Source: Alphaproteobacteria bacterium (GTDB lineage Bacteria > Pseudomonadota > Alphaproteobacteria > Rhodospirillales > Rhodospirillaceae). From it: 64,000 nt of DNA. The stretch lies in contig JAMOBE010000001.1 of NCBI GenBank assembly GCA_039908285.1, positions 21,155 through 85,154 of the forward strand. Direction: 5' to 3'. A model generated the notes under the pieces. That model made no database searches. It saw nothing but the letters and a program-made list of their open reading frames with translations, and had not been told where the DNA came from. Position 1 is the stretch's first letter; each line of letters opens with the position of its first letter. Of the stretch, positions 1-7,378 are shown one piece after another. The position numbers were made by a program, and so were the translations under genes.

Positions 1-547
1 CCACTCCGCCATAGAGAAACAGCGGGTTGAACGGGACGTGGGCCGACTCGGCCACCCGCAGGGCGGCGGCGTGGGCGAACTCGTTGGGCTTGCCGACCAC
101 GAAGTTGGCGAAGGTGAAGCGCTGATCGAGCGGGGCCGAAATGGCGTCACGCTCATCGAGTCCAGTCTCAATCGGAGTCGCGGCGGCCGCCGCCAGGGGC
201 GGCGGCCCGAGTCGCGGGGCGGATCTCGGGGCCGGTCCGGCGGCGGCAACTGGGGCAGAGGTGATGGAGGGCGTGGAGGGCCCGGGCTGGACCACGAAGT
301 TGACGGTGCGGACGCTGGGCTCCTCGCCGCTCCACAGGGCGCGAATCCGGTCGGCGTAGTGGGTCATCACCCAGTCGCGCATGAACCGGGTCGGAACGCA
401 GAGACGCACCTCGCCATCGCGAATCCCGCCCAGAGTCATGGGCTTCACCCAGCTCTTGAACGCGGCATCACCGACCTCCCGGCGCAGGCGCCCGCGCACC
501 CGGTCCCAGGGAGTCGTTGCATTGAGCTTATCGGTTTCGTCCGTCAT
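1..547 (-). CDS. dnaA: Chromosomal replication initiator DnaA, N-terminal part (gene continues past the left edge)
   Basis: Absent from the ORF track because it has no stop in the window. The reverse complement from ATG 547-545 reads MTDETDKLNATTPWDRVRGRLRREVGDAAFKSWVKPMTLGGIRDGEVRLCVPTRFMRDWVMTHYADRIRALW...DQRFTFANFVVGKPNEFAHAAALRVAE...PFNPLFLYGG. That covers DnaA domain I, the linker and the start of the AAA+ domain. rpsT lies directly upstream, as in many alphaproteobacteria. Confidence 0.85.
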   Translation of the reverse strand, partial: MTDETDKLNATTPWDRVRGRLRREVGDAAFKSWVKPMTLGGIRDGEVRLCVPTRFMRDWVMTHYADRIRALWSGEEPSVRTVNFVVQPGPSTPSITSAPVAAAGPAPRSAPRLGPPPLAAAAATPIETGLDERDAISAPLDQRFTFANFVVGKPNEFAHAAALRVAESAHVPFNPLFLYGGV

Positions 548-1020
548 CCCCTGCTCCGATGCCGGCACTCGCTCCAGCCTGAATACCAGTCCGGACATCG
601 CCCAGGCCACCGGCACGCTTCGGCGTCCAATGCCTCGGACGGCACCACCGGTCCAGCCCCCTGCGACAGTGACCCGGCAGTCGAGTGAATGGCCCCGCCG
701 CGGCTCAAGGAGCCCCCCTCCCACCGCCGGCCGAGCCGTGATGTCATTGACGCACTGGACTTTCCGCCGGATTCTTCCGTTGTCTCCGAAATATCCAGTG
801 TTCGCGACGAACCAACCAGATGGTCACAGACTTCCCCCGTTCCACGCCGATCCGTCCACAGGGAACCCATAGCCCGTCCCAAAGGACATGCAACCAGATG
901 GGGAGGAAATCCCTCGACCAACCCTTATGACTTTACCTGCGGATGGTTCCAAAGGCAATATGGCTGAAAGCAGAACGCCAAGATTCCTTTGAATGGTGGG
1001 GTAAACTGCACGCGAATCCA

Positions 1021-1051
1021 AAGGCCCGGTTCCCACTCTGGAAACCGGCCT
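1021..1051 (-). terminator. Possible rho-independent terminator downstream of rpsT
   Basis: The minus strand reads AGGCCGGTTTCC-AGAGT-GGGAACCGGGCCT, an imperfect ~11-bp stem followed by TTTGGATT, about 40 nt after the rpsT stop. The stem has a mismatch or bulge and the T-tract is weak. Confidence 0.3.
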
Positions 1052-1090
1052 ACCCGAGGATGACCGTGACGGCAAAGACCCCGTGTCGCG

Positions 1091-1351
1091 TCAGAGACCC
1101 TTGATGGCCGCGTGCAGGCGGGACATCTTGCGGGCCACCGCATTGCGATGGATGACGCCCTTGTTGACGCCGCGCATCATTTCCGGCACGGCGGCATCGA
1201 AGGCGGCCTTGGCCTGTTCCTTGTCCTTGGCGGTGATGGCCGCCTCGACCTTGCGCACGAAGGTGCGGATGCGGCTGACGCGGCTGTGATTGATCTCGGC
1301 GCGGCGGCCGTTGCGGCGAATGCGCTTTTTTGCCGACTCGTGGTTGGCCAT
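1091..1351 (-). CDS. rpsT: 30S ribosomal protein S20
   Basis: The 86-aa product [36 protein letters not shown]...[14 protein letters not shown] is a typical basic S20 sequence. Confidence 0.95.
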   Translation of the reverse strand: MANHESAKKRIRRNGRRAEINHSRVSRIRTFVRKVEAAITAKDKEQAKAAFDAAVPEMMRGVNKGVIHRNAVARKMSRLHAAIKGL

Positions 1352-1477
1352 GGATGTCCCTGTGCTGCTCTCTGGAGTGCTGACGCGGGGTTATAAGTCG
1401 GTCGGGGCTCGCCGTCAACAGGGTCGCGGAGGGAGGAGCGAATTGACTTCCGTCGCCGAACGCATCATGGTCGACCC

Positions 1478-1765
1478 ATGACGACGATCACTTTTGACAC
1501 CCACGCGTTCATCAAGCGCCTGACGTCGGCGGGCATGCCCGAGGCGCAGGCCGAGGCGGTGACGGCCATGGTCGGCGAGGCCAGGGATGGCGACCTGGCG
1601 GCGCTGGTGACCAGGGCGGATCTCTCAACCTTCAAAGCCGAGCTGAAGGCCGAACTGGCTGAAACCAAGGCCGAGCTGATGAAGTGGATGACCGGCGCGC
1701 TTGGTCTTCAGACCGTTGCCCTTCTCGGCGGCCTTGCGGCCCTCCTCAAGCTGGCCTCCTCGTAG
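1478..1765 (+). CDS. DUF1640-like coiled-coil protein with C-terminal TM helix
   Basis: 95 aa: MTTITFDTHAFIKRLTSAGMPEAQAEAVTAMV...KAELKAELAETKAELMKWMTGALGLQTVALLGGLAALL. This is the characteristic DUF1640/CCDC90-type N-terminus with a coiled coil and a hydrophobic tail. Confidence 0.65.
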   Translation: MTTITFDTHAFIKRLTSAGMPEAQAEAVTAMVGEARDGDLAALVTRADLSTFKAELKAELAETKAELMKWMTGALGLQTVALLGGLAALLKLASS

Positions 1766-1766
1766 A

Positions 1767-2144
1767 TCACTCCGGCGCGACCAGGAACCGGACGGTCAGG
1801 GGCGGGCGGTCGCCCAGGATCTCGATGCGCAGGCGCTCGCCCTCGCGGCGGAACGAGGCGTCCCCGGCGGCGGTCCAGCCAAGCTGCGGCAGGGTGGCGG
1901 CGTAGAACGTGGTGATCTGGTCGCGGGTCAGCGCCCGGCCTTCGCCATAGGCCTCGACGATGCGGCCCGCCGGCGTGTCGAAGGTGGAGCCGGCGTCGGG
2001 CACCTCGGCCAGACCCTCCATCAGCGGCAGGTCATCGATGTCCGACAGGAACCGGGGATCCTCCGCGGCCGTCGCCGGAGTCGGCGCGGCCAGGACCAGC
2101 AGAAGGGCCGCCGATGCGGCGGCGAGGAGCGAACGCGGCAACAT
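1767..2144 (-). CDS. Secreted hypothetical protein
   Basis: 125 aa with a clear signal peptide (MLPRSLLAAASAALLLVLAAPTPATAAEDP). Coding-like composition; convergent with the DUF1640 gene. No family recognised. Confidence 0.55.
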   Translation of the reverse strand: MLPRSLLAAASAALLLVLAAPTPATAAEDPRFLSDIDDLPLMEGLAEVPDAGSTFDTPAGRIVEAYGEGRALTRDQITTFYAATLPQLGWTAAGDASFRREGERLRIEILGDRPPLTVRFLVAPE

Positions 2145-2159
2145 GCCCTCTTATTACCC

Positions 2160-3020
2160 TCAAGCCTGCCGCCGCGGACAGAAAAAAGTGGATCGGCCAC
2201 TCTGGACGATGCGCCGCACGCTGTCGGTCCCGCCGCAATCGCAGCCGGGACAAGGCTCGCCGGCACGGCCATAGACGGCGAAGGCGTGCTGGAACCGACC
2301 GATCTCGCCGGAGGGTTGGACGTGGTCGCGCAACGATGATCCCCCGGCGGCGATGGCCGCGATCAGGACCGTCCGGATCGCCCCCACCAGTCGTCGCAGC
2401 GAGTCGTGGTCGAGGGATCCGGCGGGGCGGTCGGGGGCGAGGCCGGCGCGGAACAGGGACTCGCAGGCATAGATGTTGCCGAGTCCGGCGACCACGCGCT
2501 GGTCCAGTAGCGCCGCCTTGAGGGGACCACGGCGGCCACCGAGGGCCGCTCCCAGCGCGTCGGCGTCGAAGGCCTGGTCCAGGGGCTCGGGCCCGAGACC
2601 ACGCAGCAGGGGATGACCGGCAAGGCCGGCCGTCTCCACCAGGTCCATCAGGCCGAAGCGGCGGGGATCGGTGTAGGTGACCACGACGCCGTTGCCGGTG
2701 TCGTTGCCGGTACCGTGGCTGGTGCGGAACTCCACGTGGTCATGGCGGCCGGGGGGCTCGGGCGCCGCCGCCGTGATCACCATCCGCCCCGACATGCCAA
2801 GGTGAACCAGGAGCGTCCAGCCGTCGTCGAGCCCGGCCAGGATGTACTTGGCCCGCCGGCCGACCCGCTCCACCCGCCGCCCGGTGAGTCGTTCGGCGAA
2901 GCTGTGCGGCAGCGGTCGGCGCAGATCGCCCCGCCGGCTCACCACCCGCGCGAACCTCCGCCCCTCCCACACCGCCGCCAATCCCCGGCACACCGTCTCT
3001 ACCTCGGGAAGCTCAGGCAT
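2160..3020 (-). CDS. mutM: Formamidopyrimidine-DNA glycosylase (Fpg/MutM)
   Basis: Starts [14 protein letters not shown] (catalytic Pro2/Glu3). Contains [20 protein letters not shown] (H2TH) and a C-terminal zinc finger, CPGCDCGG...FFCPRRQ. Confidence 0.95.
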   Translation of the reverse strand: MPELPEVETVCRGLAAVWEGRRFARVVSRRGDLRRPLPHSFAERLTGRRVERVGRRAKYILAGLDDGWTLLVHLGMSGRMVITAAAPEPPGRHDHVEFRTSHGTGNDTGNGVVVTYTDPRRFGLMDLVETAGLAGHPLLRGLGPEPLDQAFDADALGAALGGRRGPLKAALLDQRVVAGLGNIYACESLFRAGLAPDRPAGSLDHDSLRRLVGAIRTVLIAAIAAGGSSLRDHVQPSGEIGRFQHAFAVYGRAGEPCPGCDCGGTDSVRRIVQSGRSTFFCPRRQA

Positions 3021-3171
3021 GGGGTCCTATTCGTGATGGGCCGGCGGCCGCGTGGCGTCAATGCACCGTCGGGAATGATATCGCAGTCCGTGGGAACGCG
3101 CATCGCAATTCAGGCCGCCGGAGCGTGATACCGCCAACGCGCCGGCCGCAGGATCAGTGTGCGGGCTCTGA

Positions 3172-3376
3172 GGAAGAAACAGATAACACGGATGAACACG
3201 GATGTGAACGGATGAACACGGATGAGAGAGGAGTTGACAAATGGGCCGCTCCAGCAGTGTTTGTCTTATATTCATATAATAATACACAGTATATAAGCCC
3301 ATGCCCCGGTAAACTCCGTTCTAATCCGTGTTCATCCGTTAACATCCGTGTTTATCCGTGTTATCTGTTTCTTTCT
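3172..3376. repeat. CACGGAT decamer-array inverted-repeat element, complete copy 1 (MITE-like)
   Basis: The left arm (3173-3228) holds four tandem 10-bp units: AACACGGATG AACACGGATG TGAACGGATG AACACGGATG. The right arm (3320-3375) is its inverted copy. The arms flank a ~90-bp AT-rich core. Homologous to 8974-9229 and 22073-22168. Confidence 0.75.
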
Positions 3377-3409
3377 TGACGCAAGCACGGTGATGCCAGT
3401 CACACGGTC

Positions 3410-4759
3410 TCAATCCTCATCCATGCGCTTGATGACGCCCGTGCCATTATTGTGATGCGCACGCATGATGCAGCAGGGTACAGGCTCGCCGGCCTCCATC
3501 GTGCCGGTCCCTTTTGCAAGCTGACGCGATTCGGTCTTGACGACCTCGAAATCGTGACCAAGGTCGGAATCGTGGGCCGTATCCTCATGGGCCAGAACCT
3601 CACCCGCTCCGGCCAGACTCAAGAGCCGGGCGGCCAGGTTGACCGCATCTCCATCGATATCGGAGTGGCCGAGGGATTGATTGTGTCCCACGGTAACCTT
3701 GCCGCTGGCAAGGGCGGCATGGGAGCTTGGTCCCTCGATGGCGAGATGCGCCTGGAGATTGAAGGCAGACCGGAAGGCATCATTGACGTCGGGAAAGATG
3801 GCAATGACACAGTCCCCTTCCATGTTGACCAGCGTGCCCTCGCAGGTTTCAACAAGCGGCCGTGCCATGGCGCGCAGCATCGTCAACATATTTTCTCTTG
3901 CCGCGTCCTTCATTTTGGAAAAGCCAGTGACGTCAATGAACAAAACATGAATATACCTTTCGCCCGGGGCAACGGCCGGCTTTATTGGCTTCGCCATTTC
4001 GGCCTCCAACAGCATGTTCTTGATTCTCTCCTCATAGCTATCTGCTCGCCCTTTCTCGATAATCAGTTTTTTCTGGGTTGATTGCAGTTGTTTCGCTTTT
4101 TTCTGAATTTCTTCAAGGGACGTATCGCCCAGACTTTTCACCGCGATTTTGACCGTAGTGCCCCCTGGGCCGGTCGTGATGCTCTCGAGTTCCAGAACCA
4201 CGCCTTTCCCCGAAAGCTCCCGAAGAGCGCCAATCAGGCCCGACAGCGTGGTCAACTCCGTCCCGGTAATACCGTCCTCATAGCGAATAACAACAGCGTC
4301 ACGGATGTTGGAATCTGGGCGATAGGGGGGGTAGCCGGGGAATCCGTAATAAGTTGGAGGGGGATGGTGGAGGGGAATGGCAGAACTCATATCATCAATA
4401 GAATGCATTACGTAGTCCTTCATTCCAAGAGAATTTGTGACGTTCATGCTCTCATAGCTGCACGATTTACGGAGAGCTTCCGTAAAGCCTACCATTTTGC
4501 CTTGGTTCCCTATAATGTTCATTTCTTTGAGGATCTCTGCGGCTCTTTTCCCCATGAAGCTCTCTCCGACGCTTTTCCCCATGAAGCTCTCTCCGACGCT
4601 TTTCCCCATGAAGCTCTCTCCGACGCTTTTCCCCATGAAGCTCTCTCCGACGCTTTTCCCTATGAAGCTCTCTGCGGCGCCTTTCCCCATGAGGTCCTCA
4701 GTGAGGCTCTTCCCCGTAATGCTCCCGAAAATGTCCTTCAAGTGTTTTGGATCCGCCAT
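3410..4759 (-). CDS. Class III adenylate/guanylate (nucleotidyl) cyclase domain protein with a repeat-containing N-terminal region
   Basis: The C-terminal ~190 aa carry class III cyclase motifs: VLFIDVTGFSKM (metal Asp), NMEGDCVIAIF (second Asp) and GDAVNLAARL (Asn/Arg). A coiled coil precedes the domain. The N-terminus has GKSVGESFM x5. ATG 4759 lies 8 nt after AAGGAG; the track's 4765 start is a GTG. The gene is visibly AT-richer than its flanks. Confidence 0.8.
   Translation of the reverse strand: MADPKHLKDIFGSITGKSLTEDLMGKGAAESFIGKSVGESFMGKSVGESFMGKSVGESFMGKSVGESFMGKRAAEILKEMNIIGNQGKMVGFTEALRKSCSYESMNVTNSLGMKDYVMHSIDDMSSAIPLHHPPPTYYGFPGYPPYRPDSNIRDAVVIRYEDGITGTELTTLSGLIGALRELSGKGVVLELESITTGPGGTTVKIAVKSLGDTSLEEIQKKAKQLQSTQKKLIIEKGRADSYEERIKNMLLEAEMAKPIKPAVAPGERYIHVLFIDVTGFSKMKDAARENMLTMLRAMARPLVETCEGTLVNMEGDCVIAIFPDVNDAFRSAFNLQAHLAIEGPSSHAALASGKVTVGHNQSLGHSDIDGDAVNLAARLLSLAGAGEVLAHEDTAHDSDLGHDFEVVKTESRQLAKGTGTMEAGEPVPCCIMRAHHNNGTGVIKRMDED
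4545..4706. repeat. 27-bp coding tandem repeat (VNTR) inside the cyclase gene
   Basis: The unit CTTTTCCCCATGAAGCTCTCTCCGACG occurs four times perfectly (4545-4652), followed by two degenerate copies (4653-4706). It encodes the GKSVGESFM repeats. Confidence 0.95.
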
Positions 4760-4954
4760 GACCACCTCTCCTTGCTTTTCTCATCCTACAGGATCATGTG
4801 AGACGTGAACACAGGAATGGCTGTCCCTTGAATCTGGTGAACGGGTGACTGACAACATATTTTCTCTCCCTCTTCAAGCCACCGCATGCACACACGCTGG
4901 ACAGACGGGGCCGTAGGGAGTTCGCTGTAGAAACTATCCGTTTCCCGCAAAATA

Positions 4955-5118
4955 AAGCCCTCCCCCTCGATGGGGGAGGGTTTGGGTGGGGGTGATCGTG
5001 AAGCGCCTGCAGACGGCGGTACATTCGCACCAAGGCCGAGTTCTTGGGCGCATACCTATTCCACTGTTTGCGGCGCTGTCACCCCCACCCAACCCTCCCC
5101 CATCGAGGGGGAGGGCTT
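4955..5118. repeat. Inverted pair of REP hairpin units
   Basis: 4955-4995 reads AAGCCCTCCCCCTCGATGGGGGAGGGTTTGGGTGGGGGTGA. 5079-5118 is its near-perfect reverse complement. Each unit contains a CCCTCCCCC/GGGGGAGGG hairpin. Confidence 0.85.
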
Positions 5119-5166
5119 AAGCTTGCTCTCCCCTCGATGGGGGAGCAACCGTATTGTTGGGGGGTG

Positions 5167-5303
5167 TCCCTCCGTCCCGACCTGAGGCCAGCGTGCCGTC
5201 GTGCTCGCAGCCGTCAAGAGAAAAGTGCCGCAAAGAGGCGGCACTTTTCTCTTGACCGCCGCTGCGCGCGCCGGCCCCCTGACCTCAGGTCGGGACGGAG
5301 GGA
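5167..5303 (-). other. Highly structured non-coding segment 3' of the IS110 transposase (candidate IS-encoded ncRNA or nested palindromic element)
   Basis: A perfect 21-bp outer stem (5167-5187 with 5283-5303) encloses a perfect 19-bp hairpin (5213-5231, loop AAAGAG, 5238-5256). It lies 32 nt downstream of the transposase stop. Confidence 0.35.
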
Positions 5304-5334
5304 TGGTCCTTTCGGTCGAACAAAGGGATGGTTA

Positions 5335-6285
5335 TTATCTTTCTGGTTGCTCTTGCCACGTCGAGCCACTGGCAAGCATTGCGTTGAGGCGCACGGCCAT
5401 CTTGCGCATGCAGGCAACTAGAGCAACCTTTGGTTTTTTACCGGCAGCTATGAGTCGCCGATAGAATTCATTGATCACGCCTTTGGTGCGTGTCGCCGCC
5501 ACCATGGTTGCCATGTAGAGTGCCTTGCGCAGGTCTGCGCGTCCTCCCGCGATGTGCCGTTGGCCGTGAAACTGGCCGCTGTCGCGGTCGAACGGAGCGA
5601 CGCCCACCAGGGCGGAAATCTTGCCACCGGCAAGATGTCCAAGCTCCGGTAGCATGGCCACGATGCTGACGGCTGTGACGAAGCCGATTCCCGGCGCCGT
5701 TTGCAGAGCATCGGCCGTCTTGCCGAATTTGGCGTTGGCGGCTACCCGGCTCTTGATCTTGGCCTCTATGGATAGGATCGTGACGTTGTGATGTTCGATC
5801 AGAGCGTCCAGATCCGGCCAGGCCGCTTCGACGGCCGTTGCGCGCATCTTGACCAGGTCGGCGCGCCTGTCGGCCAGACCGGCACGGGTTCGAACCAATC
5901 CGGCCAGTTCTTCCCTGGCCGAGTCGATCGCCACCGCATCGGTCTCCGGCGTGAAAGCGGTGAACTCGGCAATTACGGCGGCATCGATCGGATCGCTCTT
6001 CGCCCGCCGTCCCTTGGCCTTGGCAAAGTACCGCACCCGGCTGGGATCGAACACCTGAACCGCATAGCCCGCCTTCGTCAGTTCATCACGTGCTCGCCGC
6101 TCATAACCACCAGTGGCCTCAAGGCCGACCCTCCGGACATCATGGGTGCCAACCCAACCCAACAGCTCCTGGAGACCAGCGGCATCATTCGTTACCCTGA
6201 TGATGTCTTTCGAGTGAGAGAGGGCAACATCCAGACTCTTTTTTCCACAATCAATGCCGACAGCGCGCTCAATCTGTGCCATCAT
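5335..6285 (-). CDS. IS110-family (DEDD) transposase/recombinase
   Basis: MMAQIERAVGIDCGKKSLDVAL... then VGLEATGGYERR, then the C-terminal ...LVGVAPFDRDSGQFHGQRHIAGGRADLRKALYMA typical of IS110/IS1111 enzymes. ATG 6285 lies 7 nt after AAGGAAGG. Confidence 0.9.
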   Translation of the reverse strand: MMAQIERAVGIDCGKKSLDVALSHSKDIIRVTNDAAGLQELLGWVGTHDVRRVGLEATGGYERRARDELTKAGYAVQVFDPSRVRYFAKAKGRRAKSDPIDAAVIAEFTAFTPETDAVAIDSAREELAGLVRTRAGLADRRADLVKMRATAVEAAWPDLDALIEHHNVTILSIEAKIKSRVAANAKFGKTADALQTAPGIGFVTAVSIVAMLPELGHLAGGKISALVGVAPFDRDSGQFHGQRHIAGGRADLRKALYMATMVAATRTKGVINEFYRRLIAAGKKPKVALVACMRKMAVRLNAMLASGSTWQEQPER

Positions 6286-6579
6286 ACTGGACCTTCCTTG
6301 TGGTTCGGGCTCGAAGCCCATGCAACCGTTCGGTTTTCAAGGAAGGATGGCCGCCGTCGTGCTCCCCCGCGGCTTTGTGCCAAGGGCTATGCGAGGTCGG
6401 CCATCCCGGACGGCGGGCTGCTGACCTGCCGTCCGGGGCTGATCATACCGGGCCTTCAATACACAAGGGCTTAAGCTTGCTCTCCCCTCGAGGGGGAGGG
6501 CTTGAGCAAGCGGGAAACCTGTGGGCATACGGATGGTTTGCTTTGTCTTTCCTCCTCACCTTGGGTATGGTGCCGGCCC

Positions 6580-7371
6580 ATGGAAACCGAGACCGATCAG
6601 AGCCGCGACGGCACCACCCATTTTGGCTTCCGCACCGTGGCGGCGGAGGACAAGGTGTCACTGGTGCGTGGGGTGTTCGACAGCGTGGCGTCCCGCTACG
6701 ACCTGATGAACGACCTGATGAGCGTCGGCATCCACCGCCTGTGGAAGGCGGCGCTGATCGACTGGCTGGCGCCCCGGCCGGGGATGGTCCTGCTGGACGT
6801 GGCCGGGGGGACCGGCGACATCGCCTTCCGCTGCCTGGACCGGCTGGCGGGGCGCGGGGAGGGACCAGGGGAAGTTCCGGGCGAGGTCATCATCTGCGAC
6901 CTCACGCCCGACATGCTGGCGGTCGGCCGCAACCGCGCCCTCGATGCCGGGCGGGTGCACGGGCTGACATGGGTGTGCGGCAATGCCGAGGCCCTGCCCC
7001 TCGCCGATGCCAGCGTCGATGCCTATACCATCGCCTTTGGCCTGCGCAACGTCACCCGCATCGACGCCGCCCTCGCCGAGGCGCGGCGGGTGCTGAAGCC
7101 CGGCGGGCATTTCCTGTGCCTTGAGTTCAGCCACGTGGTGATCCCGGTCCTGCGGACGCTTTACGACCGCTACTCCTTCACCGTCCTGCCGGCGCTGGGC
7201 CAGGTGGTCACCGGCGACCGCGACGCCTATCAGTATCTGGTGGAGAGCATCCGCCGCTTCCCGCGACAGGAAGATCTGGCGGCGCTCATCACCGCGGCCG
7301 GCCTGCGGCGGGTGTCGTTCCGCAATCTTTCGGGTGGCATCGCCGCCATCCACTCGGCATGGCGGATCTGA
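6580..7371 (+). CDS. ubiE: Ubiquinone/menaquinone biosynthesis C-methyltransferase UbiE
   Basis: [44 protein letters not shown] plus the SAM motif [13 protein letters not shown]. Start moved to ATG 6580 (METETDQ) because the 5' part of the track ORF overlaps the REP/IS end. Confidence 0.92.
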   Translation: METETDQSRDGTTHFGFRTVAAEDKVSLVRGVFDSVASRYDLMNDLMSVGIHRLWKAALIDWLAPRPGMVLLDVAGGTGDIAFRCLDRLAGRGEGPGEVPGEVIICDLTPDMLAVGRNRALDAGRVHGLTWVCGNAEALPLADASVDAYTIAFGLRNVTRIDAALAEARRVLKPGGHFLCLEFSHVVIPVLRTLYDRYSFTVLPALGQVVTGDRDAYQYLVESIRRFPRQEDLAALITAAGLRRVSFRNLSGGIAAIHSAWRI

Positions 7372-7378
7372 GCCCACG

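Larger units (their letters stand above)
5138..6466 (-). mobile_element. IS110-family insertion sequence inserted in a REP cluster (ends approximate)
   Basis: A single DEDD-type transposase gene with ~180-200 bp non-coding ends and no obvious terminal inverted repeats. It is bracketed by a 25-bp direct repeat, GGGCTTAAGCTTGCTCTCCCCTCGA, at 5113-5137 and 6467-6491. Size ~1.33 kb. Confidence 0.8.

Noticed and set aside
548-1090. oriC or DnaA-box cluster in the rpsT-dnaA spacer.
   Set aside because: Only weak matches to TTATCCACA occur (for example, CCGTCCACA near 850 and ATATCCAGT near 795), with no AT-rich unwinding element. Alphaproteobacterial origins are usually not at dnaA. At most these are autoregulatory boxes, which cannot be supported by eye.
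3125-3379. Small ORFs translating as ...TDEHGCERMNTDERG... / ...IRVYPCYLF... Similar ORFs lie at 3027-3302, 8856-9038, 9127-9450 and 21939-22175.
   Set aside because: They are read-through of the CACGGAT decamer arrays on either strand. The repetitive peptides arise from the 10-bp DNA periodicity, not from selection on protein.
4545-4706. Tandem direct repeats here, and at 22460-22975 and 3173-3228, were considered as CRISPR arrays.
   Set aside because: The repeats are contiguous with no unique spacers and are in-frame coding (27 bp, 129 bp) or 10-bp iterons. No cas genes are in the window.
3027-4800. A complete Pycsar (cyclase plus cNMP-activated effector) defence system.
   Set aside because: Only the cyclase is present. 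Neither flank encodes a cNMP-binding TM or TIR effector: one side is a MITE then mutM, the other a REP cluster and IS110. It is kept as an orphan cyclase finding only.
5788-6474. 228-aa plus-strand ORF inside the IS110 element.
   Set aside because: It is antisense to the clearly conserved IS110 transposase and has low-complexity composition.
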